A stretch of DNA of 62,585 nucleotides, the filler included, from Hausera hauseri (lineage: Eukaryota), in the NCBI GenBank assembly GCA_046269625.1. It is 11 parts of 11 records of this genome, joined end to end, with 100 filler letters (N's around TTAATTAATTAA, not from the genome) between each part and the next. Parts side by side here need not be neighbours in the genome. Positions count along the whole stretch, not along the records: positions 31,554 to 35,621 come from JBJURY010782535.1; positions 35,722 to 39,836 come from JBJURY010751653.1; positions 39,937 to 45,914 come from JBJURY010158755.1; 8 more parts are not named here. One strand, written 5' to 3'. The position numbers and the translations under genes are program-made. A model generated the notes under the pieces. It ran no database searches. It was given only the letters and a program-made list of their open reading frames with translations, and was not told the origin of the DNA. Position 1 is the first letter of the stretch. Each line of letters begins with the position of its first letter. Positions 34,601 through 45,914 of this stretch are shown here, one piece after another.

Positions 34601-35577
34601 AGATTTTGTTCCGTCTGTCTTTTGTATATCCTCTTGAATTTGTTGTGTCATTTTCTCCATAACGACTTGAACTACTTCCTCTTGAGGTGTATTCTGAGTG
34701 ATTTCATGAATGGCTTTTTCTAAAGCAGTCTGGCCTATTTCTGGTTGAGTTATTTCTTCATTTCGTAAGAATAAATCTTTCCATTTACCATATTGTGGTA
34801 TAATCATCTTACTAGCTTGGATTATTTTTCCAGTTGTTGTTTTCAACTCGCTTTCACTTGGTGTTTCAGAAATGAGCAAAATTATCGTTTTCTCCCAATT
34901 TGTACGTGGCGGTTTTTCTAAAATAAGTTGAGTTATGTCATCAACAGTAAAATGTTTCCATTGAGAATTTTTCTTAAGATTCTTCATGAATTTTAACTGT
35001 TCTTTAACTCGTTTCTTCCATTTAGGAGAACGATTATTTATTGCGTCTTTGCCTATATCAATGTAATACAATTCTCTTGCTAATAGCTTAACTTCTTTAT
35101 GTTCTCTTTGTATAATTTTGGTGTTTTGTATTCCATTATTTGATTAGAAAAATTCTTAGCTATCGTTATAGTTTTATTCCGTTTACTTCGTCTATTTAGA
35201 TCGAGTAAGGTTTTCTTTACAATTGGCTGTACAACTTCTTGATCATCAGTATCAATATTTGGTCGATTCAAGTTTTCAATTAATGTCTCATGGAGATGTT
35301 TCAAATATCCTTGTTTATCTTTTATTCCCATAATTGTTTCGTCATGTGTTATATTTTCGCCATTAATAATTTTTCGTTTAGCTTTTTCTGGAGTTAATTC
35401 TGTTGTTTGTCTTACTGCGATACTACATATGGTATCAGGAAGCATTCCGACGTTTATTAGAAGTTCTTCTGGATCCAAAATTCTATCGTAGTATATAATT
35501 CTGAGATGTTTTATTTGCTTTTGAGTTTGATATTTGATTGCCTGTTCAAGGTCAACAACTCGGCTGTCACTACTCAT
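34600..35577 (-). CDS. Uncharacterised N-terminal part of the glycoprotein-protease polyprotein (possible Gag), with one frameshift
   Basis: ORF 34184-35071 is open from this region into the glycoprotein; ORF 35080-35577 abuts it. No motif recognised. Confidence 0.4.
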
Positions 35578-35759
35578 TTCTATATTTGGGAAGAAACTAT
35601 TGTCAATCCAAGGTCGGATTGNNNNNNNNNNNNNNNNNNNNNNNNNNNNNNNNNNNNNNNNNNNNTTAATTAATTAANNNNNNNNNNNNNNNNNNNNNNN
35701 NNNNNNNNNNNNNNNNNNNNNTGCTTCTAGAAGAGAAGAACACAAGAGATACGGATATG

Positions 35760-37597
35760 ATGTAAGAGAGACACTTCAGAAGTGTTATATGTGTAGAAGA
35801 GTTGAGCACATAGCAAAGGAGTGTGCCATGGGCATAAGAAAAGCGAATAACTTAACTGAATGTGTCATCTGCGGTGGCATTGGTCACATTGCAAAGTTTT
35901 GAATTCAGAACCGCAGTGGAGGACATTTAGAAAAGTATAATCTTAGAAACAGGAATACGAAGAAGCAGGTTCTATCTATTCAGTTGCATAGATGTAGCTA
36001 TTGCAGACAAGTTGTTCGAGTCGAGAAAACCTACGGCGATTTGAATCAAATGAACGGGGCTCAGTATAGGTCATATACGGTTGGAGCATGTGCGGGAATC
36101 AGACAAGGGCAGAACTGTGAGGAAGACAGTGTGATACAGGGTGCTACTATTGCGAGCTTAATGGGGCAGATTGAGAAACTGAATGGCTTGATATTTAAAC
36201 TGTGCCGACAACATAAGCGCTACTTGGATACGTTCACCGTAGCGGACAGTCACATGAACAGTAGGAACGGATATGCGACGAATGTTCAGCAAATGTTCAA
36301 TGAAGAAAGTAGTACAGATACAGAAGGAAATAGAGATTTTAATATATTTGAGTCAGATACTTTAGGTGTGAAAAGAAGTAGGAAAAAGACACAAAAGGAT
36401 GGTAGACGAATAAATGAAAAACAATATGTAGAAGTGATTAAAAGAAATGAAATCATGATTCCGGATCAGCAGAGACAGCTAGACAAATTGCAAAAACAAG
36501 TTGAAAGTATGAAGCGACAAAATACAGATGTAGTAGAAAATACGAGAAATGCAGAGAGTGATATGGGTGTCACAATAAACGAAAGAGAGACAAGGGTCGA
36601 AAGTAGTGAAGATGGTTCAACAGATACAGGTTTTGAGAGCCATGAATTTTGTGTGTCTCAAACAGAGAACTCATGTGCTAAGGTTGTGAGTCAGAGGAAC
36701 TTAAGTAAGAGACATATACATAAAGCGGCTATAGTAAGAAAGAAACTAGCAAACGAAAAAAGAACAACAAAATCGGAAAGCTGTCATGACATAATAGAAA
36801 AGGTGGCGGGCAAGACAAAAGAACAAAATGATCAATTATTCATGGTCGATGGGTATTTCAAACCGGTCGATGAAATAATGAACAATAAGCAAGAAGTGTC
36901 TAACTCAATACAACAATGTGTATTTAACAAACAAGAAGAAATTATGGAAGGCGAGAACAATCAGAAACAAGAAGTTGAGTTAGAGAAAGAACGACGTGAG
37001 GAAAACCTACGAAAAATTCATAGTTTAGAAGAACACGTGCAAAACTTGAATGTGAAGATTAGAGAACATGTGGCAGTCATAGAGCAACTAGAGAATCAAA
37101 ATAAAGGGTTACTGTCACAGAATGAGGATTTGAAGAAAGAATTAGATAGCAAGGACATAATGGCAAAAGAAAACTTAAATGAATTAAGTAGAAGAGCAGA
37201 GGAAATTGTTAGCCTAAGAAATAATTTAGAACAGAAGGACAACGAAATCGTAGACTTAATACGGGCGGTGAAGACAGTTACCGAACACCGACAAGATGCG
37301 TTACTGAGAGCAATGGAATTAACAACTTTAGAAACGGAAGGGCGAGAACAGGTTGAAAAATTGACACTGGAAGTCAGGGAACTCGAAGATGAGATAATGA
37401 AACAACGTAACATTGAGAAACGTATTTTTGAAGAATTAGAAAGCACTACTAGTATGATGGAACAATATAAGAGTGAGATATCGGTAAAGGATGTGCTTAT
37501 TCAGACGTTACAAGCAAAATTAGAGAGCACCGGCAACACACATGCAGTAGTTGGGAAGAAAACAAAGTGGAATGCAGATCAGAAGCGCAGAAAGTAA
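35760..37597 (+). CDS. CCHC zinc-knuckle + long coiled-coil protein (Gag/ORF1-like), degenerate at the 5' end
   Basis: KCYMCRRVEHIAKEC and ECVICGGIGHIAKF* upstream of and in line with a 537-aa E/K/Q-rich heptad ORF. Confidence 0.55.
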
Positions 37598-37683
37598 GAA
37601 ATGGATGGCGATTACAAAGAACAGGTTAGTGTATCGAGAATGTTAGATACCACAACGTTGCGACCGACACGAAAAAAGCAATT

Positions 37684-38163
37684 GTGCAGGACAATAATTT
37701 GATGGAAATAAAAAGAAAGACGGGCATTGAAGGGAATTATGAAGACTGGCGAAAACGGATGTTAGTCTTGGTAACGTTCATGAGGAATCGCAGATTGAAC
37801 AATAAAGTGGTTGCACCTACGGTTGCACAGTTCACGATAGCCATTCATGGTATCTTTAAGAATGCTGACCTTAACACCTTGACTTCAAAGCCAGTGAGGC
37901 AAATGTTGGAAGAAAAGTTTGATACTGATTTGTTACCAAGGGCTATGGCAATGGATGAACTCATCACGAAATTATTTGATGAACTTGTTGAGATGGATAT
38001 GCCTCAGTTGACAGTTGGTCAAATGCGGGTCTTTCGAGTTAGAAATATGCAGATAGTATCAGACGATACAGATCTAAATGTAGTCCCTAGTATACTTATT
38101 GAAGAGGATATGGGTAATGAAGATAAGTTTGATGGTCAAGAATATTGGTCAGCGAAGGATTAG
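37684..38163 (+). CDS. DEK C-terminal (DEK_C) domain-containing ORF, probably a frameshifted continuation of the previous ORF
   Basis: PTVAQFTIAIHGIFKNADLNTLTSKPVRQMLEEKFDTDL matches the DEK_C pattern 'IL..ADL..T.K.VR..LE..F..DL'. Confidence 0.7.
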   Translation: MQDNNLMEIKRKTGIEGNYEDWRKRMLVLVTFMRNRRLNNKVVAPTVAQFTIAIHGIFKNADLNTLTSKPVRQMLEEKFDTDLLPRAMAMDELITKLFDELVEMDMPQLTVGQMRVFRVRNMQIVSDDTDLNVVPSILIEEDMGNEDKFDGQEYWSAKD

Positions 38164-38749
38164 GTGGATAATTGTGGAGATCAGGCGGTAATGCTAACTG
38201 ATTAGCTATCACAAGTGACTACGCTCTAGCTATATATGGATTTAAGTGGGATTGTTAATGGTCACTGTTGAATGAAAATTTCGGTTGATATAACAGTAAA
38301 CATGGGCATAGTGTCTTTATATCTAAACTGATGCGCGAGTAGGTCGTAATGAGGACAATTTTCACGTCTTAATTGGGACGGTGACACAGTTCAGAGTTTG
38401 TGGCAGCAGGACCAAAAGTTCTGCTACCAAACCAAAGACCAGGAAAAGTGTTGATGCGCGTTAAAGGCACATCACCACCTTCATAGAGGAACCTCAGCAA
38501 ACCGTCAGGCGAAATAAAAATGTGACATTTCAGAAAACGTTTTGTGTGGTTTATGACAAACGGACGACATGACGGGACGACATCACCTTTTGCTTATTAC
38601 CTTGTCAGACTCCATTCTATGGTCATCCATATTTAAAGGGGAAACTTATTTGAACCTTTCTTTGTTATTAGATTTCTAAAAGAAGAAACTATTTTTCTGT
38701 TACTAGATTTTAAAAAGTCACATTCAGGTTATAGACAGGAGACTCATTT

Positions 38750-39362
38750 TGATCGTTTTGACTCAAGACTCATTTTTCTGCCTGAGTGTCTGTGGAAAAT
38801 CATACTTTGTACAAAAAATGTTATGGGATTGTAGTCATGTGATGGATGCTGAGCCAGAAACTTTGTATGGATTTAAACTTCTCAACCTATTTATGCTGAA
38901 TTGCAAAACATGGCTAAAAAGATGAAGTTCATCTACGGTTTTCCTGACTGTCGAGATGCAGACTTGTTTCCAGCGAATCAAAGCCACTTAATCATTTTGG
39001 ATGATGTCATTTTCCAACCTCAGAACATCCTGAAGGGGGTCAAGTCTTCACACAATTCAGACGTCATAGATCCACGAGTGTAATAACGCTGAGTCAGGAT
39101 GTATTTCAGCCGCAAGTCTGAACAGTAATCATATGTGTAAGAGTCCGAGAGACAGACTACCAGTGAATATGTAAATCTAGTCGCCCGTCAAATCTTCCCA
39201 CCAGCAAAAGGAGCTTTTCTTAAGAGTTTTGAAGATGCAACCAGAGAGGCTCATGGTTATTTAATCCTTGACCTGACTCCTAGCTGTCCAGAACATTTCA
39301 GATTGAGATCGGGTTTACTACCTCAACAGTGGCCAGTTGTGTATGTAGCTAAAACAAAGTAA
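38750..39362 (+). pseudogene. FtsK/A32-like packaging ATPase of a Maverick/Polinton (adintovirus-like) element
   Basis: Decayed Walker A SVCGKSYFVQK, Walker B HLIILDDV, SPRD, ARQIFP, FEDATREAHGYLILDLTP..FRLRS. Confidence 0.85.
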
Positions 39363-39365
39363 GTC

Positions 39366-39707
39366 ATGTCTGCACGGATAAAAAGGAACGCACCCTTGCT
39401 TAGAGCTCTGTACCACGCCACTCCCCAGAAGAGAAAAGACATTCTTGGGCACTGCTCACCTGACTTTCTGAAAACTTTGTGTGAGATTGCTCTGAACATT
39501 TTAAAAGGTAACATTAAACTTTCACCTTCTCAACACCGGAAACTTAAAAAACAGAAGAAGATCATCAGACTGCTGGCTGACAGAAGAAAAGGTTTAAAAC
39601 ATAAACAGTCAGCTCTCAAGACGCAGGGAGGGGGGTTTATTCTACCTGTTTTAGCAGCTCTTGCACCTTTGATTGGAAACCTGGTGGGTGGAATGATCAA
39701 TAAATAA
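39366..39707 (+). CDS. Small basic Maverick/adintovirus virion protein (PZ / 'GasderminX' type) with QGGGF motif and amphipathic C-terminal helix
   Basis: LCEIALNILKGNIKLS..LKKQKKIIRLLAD..QGGGFILPVLAALAPLIGNL. Intact ORF directly after the ATPase. Confidence 0.8.
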   Translation: MSARIKRNAPLLRALYHATPQKRKDILGHCSPDFLKTLCEIALNILKGNIKLSPSQHRKLKKQKKIIRLLADRRKGLKHKQSALKTQGGGFILPVLAALAPLIGNLVGGMINK

Positions 39708-39709
39708 AA

Positions 39710-39836
39710 ATGTCTCAAAAAATGTATCTCATCTCACCGCATCAGTTCAAGCGTTTAAGTCAACCAGAGACTTCTATCAGACAAACGGCTGAAGAGGATT
39801 TGGATTCTAAGATGAAAGAGATATTGAATGAATCAG
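39710..39836 (+). CDS. 5' end of the next Maverick-associated ORF, truncated by the contig end
   Basis: ATG two nt after the previous stop; MSQKMYLISP..EDLDSKMKEILN. Confidence 0.55.
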
Positions 39837-39936
39837 NNNNNNNNNNNNNNNNNNNNNNNNNNNNNNNNNNNNNNNNNNNNTTAATTAATTAANNNNNNNN
39901 NNNNNNNNNNNNNNNNNNNNNNNNNNNNNNNNNNNN

Positions 39937-42900
39937 GATCCAACCGACCTCGATAGAAAATCAGCTACCAAGTTATCCGTGCCTGAGATATATTCCAAAG
40001 TAAAACTGAACGTCGATAGGTATGTTATATGTCTCTCTTGCCTTGGTTATGGCTCTTTTAACGACATGGTGTGCAGCAGAGACTTATGGTCAGTTTGAAT
40101 GATGAATGGGCGAGAGAGAAGTAAGTGTTTGAAGTATTTTACTGCCAGAACTATGGCGAGTAACTCGCGATCAAATGTAGAGTAACGGCTTTTAGGTTCT
40201 GTTAGTTTCTTAGAATAAAATTCTAATGGTTCGGCGACGCCATTAAAGATCTGGTGTAGTACAAACCCGTAGCTGTGGTTGAGGCATCGGTTGTAATTAT
40301 AAGATCTGCCTTGGGTTTAGGATAAGCCAGTATTTCTACGCTTTTAAGACCTTCGCGCAAGTGGTCAAACTTGGTTACCAGATCAGGAGTCTAGTGGATC
40401 AACTGCCTCTTTTCTCCTGGTGATAAATGTGCAAAAGGTGCCATGAGCTCAGAGCAATGAGGCACATATTTGTGGATGAATTGGAGTGTGCCTAAAAACT
40501 TCTCATATCAGTGGTAGTTGTTAGTAGAGTTATGTTCTTTAATTGTTGTAGTCGATCCGGTTGTGGAGAGTAGCCGTTGGGAGTGATGACGTGACTTAGG
40601 AAATTTACACGTTTTTGAAAGAAGTGACACTTTGCAAAGTTGACTTGCAAATTGCTATAAAGTAATCTGTGAAAGATAATACGAAGGTGTTCTTTATGTT
40701 GTTTGACAGACGTAGAGGCAACTAGTATGTCATCAATATATGGATGAGCGAAATCTAGGCCTGAGAGTACAGTATCATTGTGCCGTTGGAAAGTTTGAGA
40801 GGCACTACGCAAACCAAATGGCATAAATATATATTCGTAAGGGGCAAATGAAGTAATGATAGCAGTTTTTGGAATATCATTAGGTGCAACAGGAATTTGA
40901 TGATATGCTTTATGCAAGTCAATTGTAGAGTACGTGTTAGTGTTGGTGAGGCTGTGCAGGATGTCATTTATTAGATGTAAAGAATAAGCATCCATAACTG
41001 TTAGATTATTTAACTGCCGATAATCACCGCATGGTCTGTATGTGCCATCTTTTTTCGTCGCAACATGCAAAGGCCAGGCCCATGGTGACTTGGATCGTCG
41101 AATAATGCTCGCTTTTTCGAGTTCGTTGAACTCTGATTCAACGGCTTTTCGTCTGCGAGGTGACAGTGGTCTGACCTTTTGTCCAATAGGTCTTTGGTGT
41201 TCGGTGACTATGTGGTGATATGTTGTAGAATGCGGTTTAAAATTGATGTCCTTCTTAAGAATGCAGGAACAAGAAGTCTTAATGTAGGATTTAATGTCAG
41301 AATCTAATGATGAGAATGATGATGGCATATCATTATAAGAGTTAGTTGCTGTAATCGATATAGAAAGACTAAGTGCTTCATTAATGACGTTTGGTTCAGC
41401 CGAGTGTTTTAAAATTGATTTACCACTTGACGCGATTGAAAATGTAGATTAAATATTAAATGCATTGTTGTCAACCGATGAACAGGATGTCACATTGACA
41501 TTTAAACAATCTGAGGAAAACAAAGTTTCCGACTGATCTTTTGGTAAGTATTTTTTAGAATTGGCAGTGAAATCTCTGCGCAGGAGGCATTTATGCTTGC
41601 AGTCGACTAACAAGTCGTATGCAGCCAAGAAATCTGAGCCTATTATAGGCGATCTAATGTTGGCTATATGAAAATTCCAGGAAAATTTCCCTGGTAGGTT
41701 GTAGAATGAGAAGGACAGCTTTGTGGTACCTACAATGTTCAAAGGTTGACCACAGGCAGTGAAGAGTGGAGAAGAGAAAACTGTGTTGGATGTAAGAGCG
41801 AAAGACAAAGGAAGAAGTGAAAATGCAGCTCCTAAATCAATAAGGAAATCTATGTGTGATGTGTTTCCAAGTAACAAATTAGGTTTCAACAGAAAGTCTG
41901 CATATGCTGTGTTGAAATGGCCAGTAGTTTAAACGATATTGCCTGTACCAGAATGTGCCGTGGCATCTGGTGGCATTATTGTTTTTTTGAGACTTGTTGG
42001 TACGAAGAAAAGGAATGATGAGTGCGCGGAGGAGAAGAAAATGGAGAACTAGAATTCCTTTTATAATATTTACATCCTGGCGCGCATGACCTAGCTTTGG
42101 ACTGGTACTTTGCGTGATAGATGCAGATGGGATTGTCTACGGCATATTGTGCATTGTAGAATCGACAGACTAAAACACATTTCTTTGCATCTTTGCGGAA
42201 TTTGTTGTGATAAAAGCACGTCATTGTACCATCTCTAGATTTAGAACAAGAGGAGTGCCTGGAAAAACTGCGATTGCGCGAAATACTATTTTCGCTTCCT
42301 CGGGGCACAGATATGTCGCTGAGTTGGGCTGTGATTGCAGAAATTGCTTGTTGTAGTGTATAGAATTGCTTCTGCATCATGTTTAGTTGTTGTGCAAATA
42401 AAGTGTTGTCTGGTAGTGTGTGAGTAGTTGCTGCGGCTACAGGCTGCGAGTTATTGGACTGCAGAATATCAAAGCTTTTTTCTGCCAATAAGGCGAGCTG
42501 TTCGAGGGCAGTAGAGTCATCTACTACAGTAAGCAGCGCTCGGATGGAGGTTGGCAGAGATGAGAGAAAGTACCGACGAAGAAGATCGGCATTGTTTGTG
42601 GGAGTCACGCCTAAAGAGCTCAGTTGAGATGGCCGTTTTAAGGAAATCCGATGGTTTTTGATTTCCAATGGCGTGGTCGTTGAAATACTTCTGGACTATG
42701 CTGTCGATGGAAGGGTCGGTGATATGTAGAACAGATTCGTACAGCATATCATACGGGCTTGAATAAGAGAGGTTGTCAGTCAGGTTACTGATTTGCTGCT
42801 TGATGTTGGCTGGGAGTAATAGCATCAAACTCTTAGCCCGCAAAAAGGAATCTGTAATGTGATTGGCTTCTAGCCATTGCAAGTGAAACTGCAACCAAAT

Positions 42901-43083
42901 TCGGCTCGAGTTCGTTTTATCTAGGAAAAAGTCTGTATAGGGAAGGTTTGTAGATGTTGATGGTGTGGGGTCGACAGGACGACGACCAGACCTGGTTTTT
43001 GTTAAAATTTCGGCAGAAGGGTCAAGGTCTGATCCACCGTTGTGCATAAAATAAAAATCAGAGGAACAGAAAAAAGAGGGCAA
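39937..43083 (-). mobile_element. Ty3/Gypsy LTR retrotransposon, CsRn1-like, copy 1 (gag-PR-RT-RH), degenerate
   Basis: Gag IGNQKPSDFL and two CHCC motifs; PR FLIDLGAAFS..IIGSDFL; RT SPWAWPLHV..RPCGDYRQLN, MPFGL, YIDD; RH TDAS, YSTFDRELLA, TDH. Confidence 0.92.
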
Positions 43084-43354
43084 TTCAGAATAAAGAATAT
43101 GAGCTGTATGTTTGTGCGTAACCCTTAATGTGTGGACATGTTTATTATTAGAAAAGATAAAAAAAGAAAGGGGACATGGCGCAACGGGGCGAGCACGTTC
43201 GGTCCCTCAACCAGAGAATCCCTTGTATCTCGACAAAAATTATTAAAACCAAAGTGACTTCTCGATGACGAACAAACAGAAATTTTCCATATCTTAAATG
43301 ATTGAGTGTATGAATAACTGTCACCATTACCTTGTGTTATTTCATCGGAATTGG

Positions 43355-44830
43355 TCAAGCAATGAGATGTCGGAGTTGAGTACCCCGAACATTGTGTAGC
43401 GGTAGAATGATTGTTATATGACTTAGGTGACGTAGGACTTGACTTTGGTCGCAGTTGTTTTTTTTAATATCGATGGAGTCGGTAATGACTCTGGTTGAAT
43501 TTTTTTGTCGACCATAAACGTGGGCATGATGTCGCAAACAACATGACGTGTTCTTGGCAAGGGTCAAATCCCATGTTTTATCTAGATAACTGCCCTTCAT
43601 ACGACTATTATCATCACTGTCGTCAACGAATATCAAAGCTTCAACCGTTGACGTGTTCTCTTTCGGGCGTTTTCTTAATTCAAATTTCGTATGTGGCAAT
43701 ATTGAAACGTCTGGGTATTTCATTATCGCACCAGTATAATTCATATTGTCTACCAAATAGCTTCTTTCCCCCATTGCCTCAATTGTAAAAGTGTTCCTCG
43801 TCGTAGGACGACCAGTACTTCGATAGATTGTAAGCGGTAACAACTTCAAACATTCAATGCTTTCACTGACTGCGAATCGTGCTTCTGGTTTCAAAATGGT
43901 AGGGTGCAAATTAATTGGCGGTGATACAAAATCCATATTAACCTCATTGGTGTAGACTTCGTCATTCGAATCATGTTCATATTTTATATCTATGAATCTC
44001 TGAGGGAATTCGTCAAAATGTGTCCTTTTTGATTGCGTTACACCAATTAATCCAGCTGAGGGTGTTTTATATATAAATTTTGGTACGCCTGTATCAGTGT
44101 CTGATTTGTATATGTTTACTAAAGCAGATTCGGATTCAGTATTTTGTTCAACCGACTCAATGGTTTGAGACAAACGTCCAGAATAAACGGGCAATTTTCT
44201 GCATCTGACATTAATGTTTGTCGGATAGTTATCATACAACGGTTTGCTAACCTGATTTTTTTTCGTCTGATTTTTGCTTTCTGTTTGCTTCTCGCTTTTG
44301 GCATTGCAAAACTTGACCTTTTTCATGGTGTCCGCCAACTTTACGCAATCCAAACCTTTTGTTAAAGACGTTAAATCTGTTGTCGATATACTTCCTGCTT
44401 TGGTAATCGGTTTATATCTTCCTGAACGTCTTGAGGATTCTTTTAAGCTAACGCTCAGCAATTCGCTATTGCACTTTCTCGGACGTTTGTGTGACTGACT
44501 CAGACTATTGCTGACGGAATTTTTTCTACATTTTTTGACGATTTCGAGGATTCTTTTGCACTATTGTCAATCAATTCATTCGACGATGTTTGTGTTTGCT
44601 CAGGTGATTGTTGTAAAGTCTTACTAAGTAATTCATCGGTGACTTTGTTTTGAACATCAAGTGTACGGGAGCTGGACAATGTATGTGATATTATATCGCT
44701 TGGATTATCAATAAAAGTACGTTTTTTTATTTGTGATCTGCATATATCAGTGGTACTATGGTCCGGATTAAACATGACTGCAACTAGTGTTCCATAGCCT
44801 TCGACGCTATCCGGAATCACATTGTAAGAC
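43355..44830 (-). CDS. Uncharacterised S/K/T-rich ORFs (43355-44461, 44500-44934), joined to the CDC23 fragment
   Basis: Long open frames with no recognisable motif. Confidence 0.3.
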
Positions 44831-44849
44831 TTCAGATTTAAACTTTCCA

Positions 44850-45225
44850 ATTCTTCGCTGTTTGTATTAAATTCAGGTATGTTACCGCACTTCGTTGCGA
44901 ATGACCGAGCTTTCTCAAAATTTTTATTGTGCATCCAATGATATCCAGAAATATGTAAGCATGGCCAAAATCCTGTACTGTACTGAATCCATCTTCGTTG
45001 AACTCATCGACAAGTAAGTTGTAAACTGCGGCAGCATTGTCAGTTTCTTTTTGTTTCTCGAGAATTTTCCCCAGTTTTATCAGAGCCGTACGTTCAACGT
45101 CACCGATGGCATAAGCCCGATGGAAACAAATTTTAGCATCATCAAATCGATTCATTTCGTCGTAAACCGAACCCATAGCAACGAGTATTCGAGAATCTCC
45201 TGGTAATAACTCGAATGCTCGTCTG
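44850..45225 (-). pseudogene. CDC23: APC/C subunit CDC23/APC8 C-terminal TPR fragment, frameshifted
   Basis: RAFELLPGDSRILVAMGSVYDEMNRFDDAKICFHRAYAIGDVERTALIKLGK..AAAVY ; NFEKARSFATKC. Confidence 0.85.
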
Positions 45226-45589
45226 GGATTTAAGAGATCAATATAAATAAAAGGATATTGTTGAAATTGTTATCAGGATCAATACTTAAATATGACGACG
45301 GTAACTTTCCTACTATCCTCATTAGTGAAATATTCCAATAGTGGCCAATAAATTTTCATGAAAATATTCAGGTATGTAGACAATGTAACTGGTATGCTGA
45401 ACTCACTTTCAGAAAAGGCTGCCCGTCTAAATTAAAGGAGACGAAGTGGAAAAATATTGACAGAGTTAGTGGTTTTCAAGTACTATATGAAAAACATTTT
45501 TCAAACACACACATTGAATTTTCGTACAGACTTTCCGAAATTTAATGTTAGTTTGGGTTTTTCTGATCACCGTGTATATTTAGTAGTGG

Positions 45590-45914
45590 GATTGGTCCGT
45601 CGACCAGTTTCCCCCACCTGATTGGCTATTCCGAACATTTCAGTAAAAATTTCGGATTACCCCCCCACCCCCCGCGGCCGAAAAGGAGGTCAAGCAATGG
45701 ACTTTGGACCGAGTGATATCGTTAGCGCTTGACGAGCTGAGTATAAGTTGTTATAGGTGAGGAATACAGAAATGTAAGGGAGAGGCGCTAGAAGAGGAAG
45801 AAACAAAACAGGCAATGTACCACATGTAAAGGCTAAATCGATGTTGGCGAATCCAATGGACACGGTTGCAACTCAATCAGACCATGGGAACATGGGGAAA
45901 AATCGATGGGAAAA
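45590..45914 (+). repeat. Interspersed repeat (non-autonomous element), shared with 53910-54263
   Basis: Colinear similarity from GATTGGTCCGT..CCCACCTGATTGG to AAAATCGATGGGAAA. Confidence 0.85.

Noticed and set aside
19021-39836. PolB, ATPase and glycoprotein as one virus genome
   Set aside because: Three separate contigs; the glycoprotein is tied to a retropepsin, not to Maverick genes.
43195-43215. Primer-binding site TGGTTGAGGGACC for Gypsy copy 1
   Set aside because: Could not match it to a tRNA 3' end, and there is no adjacent LTR CA terminus.
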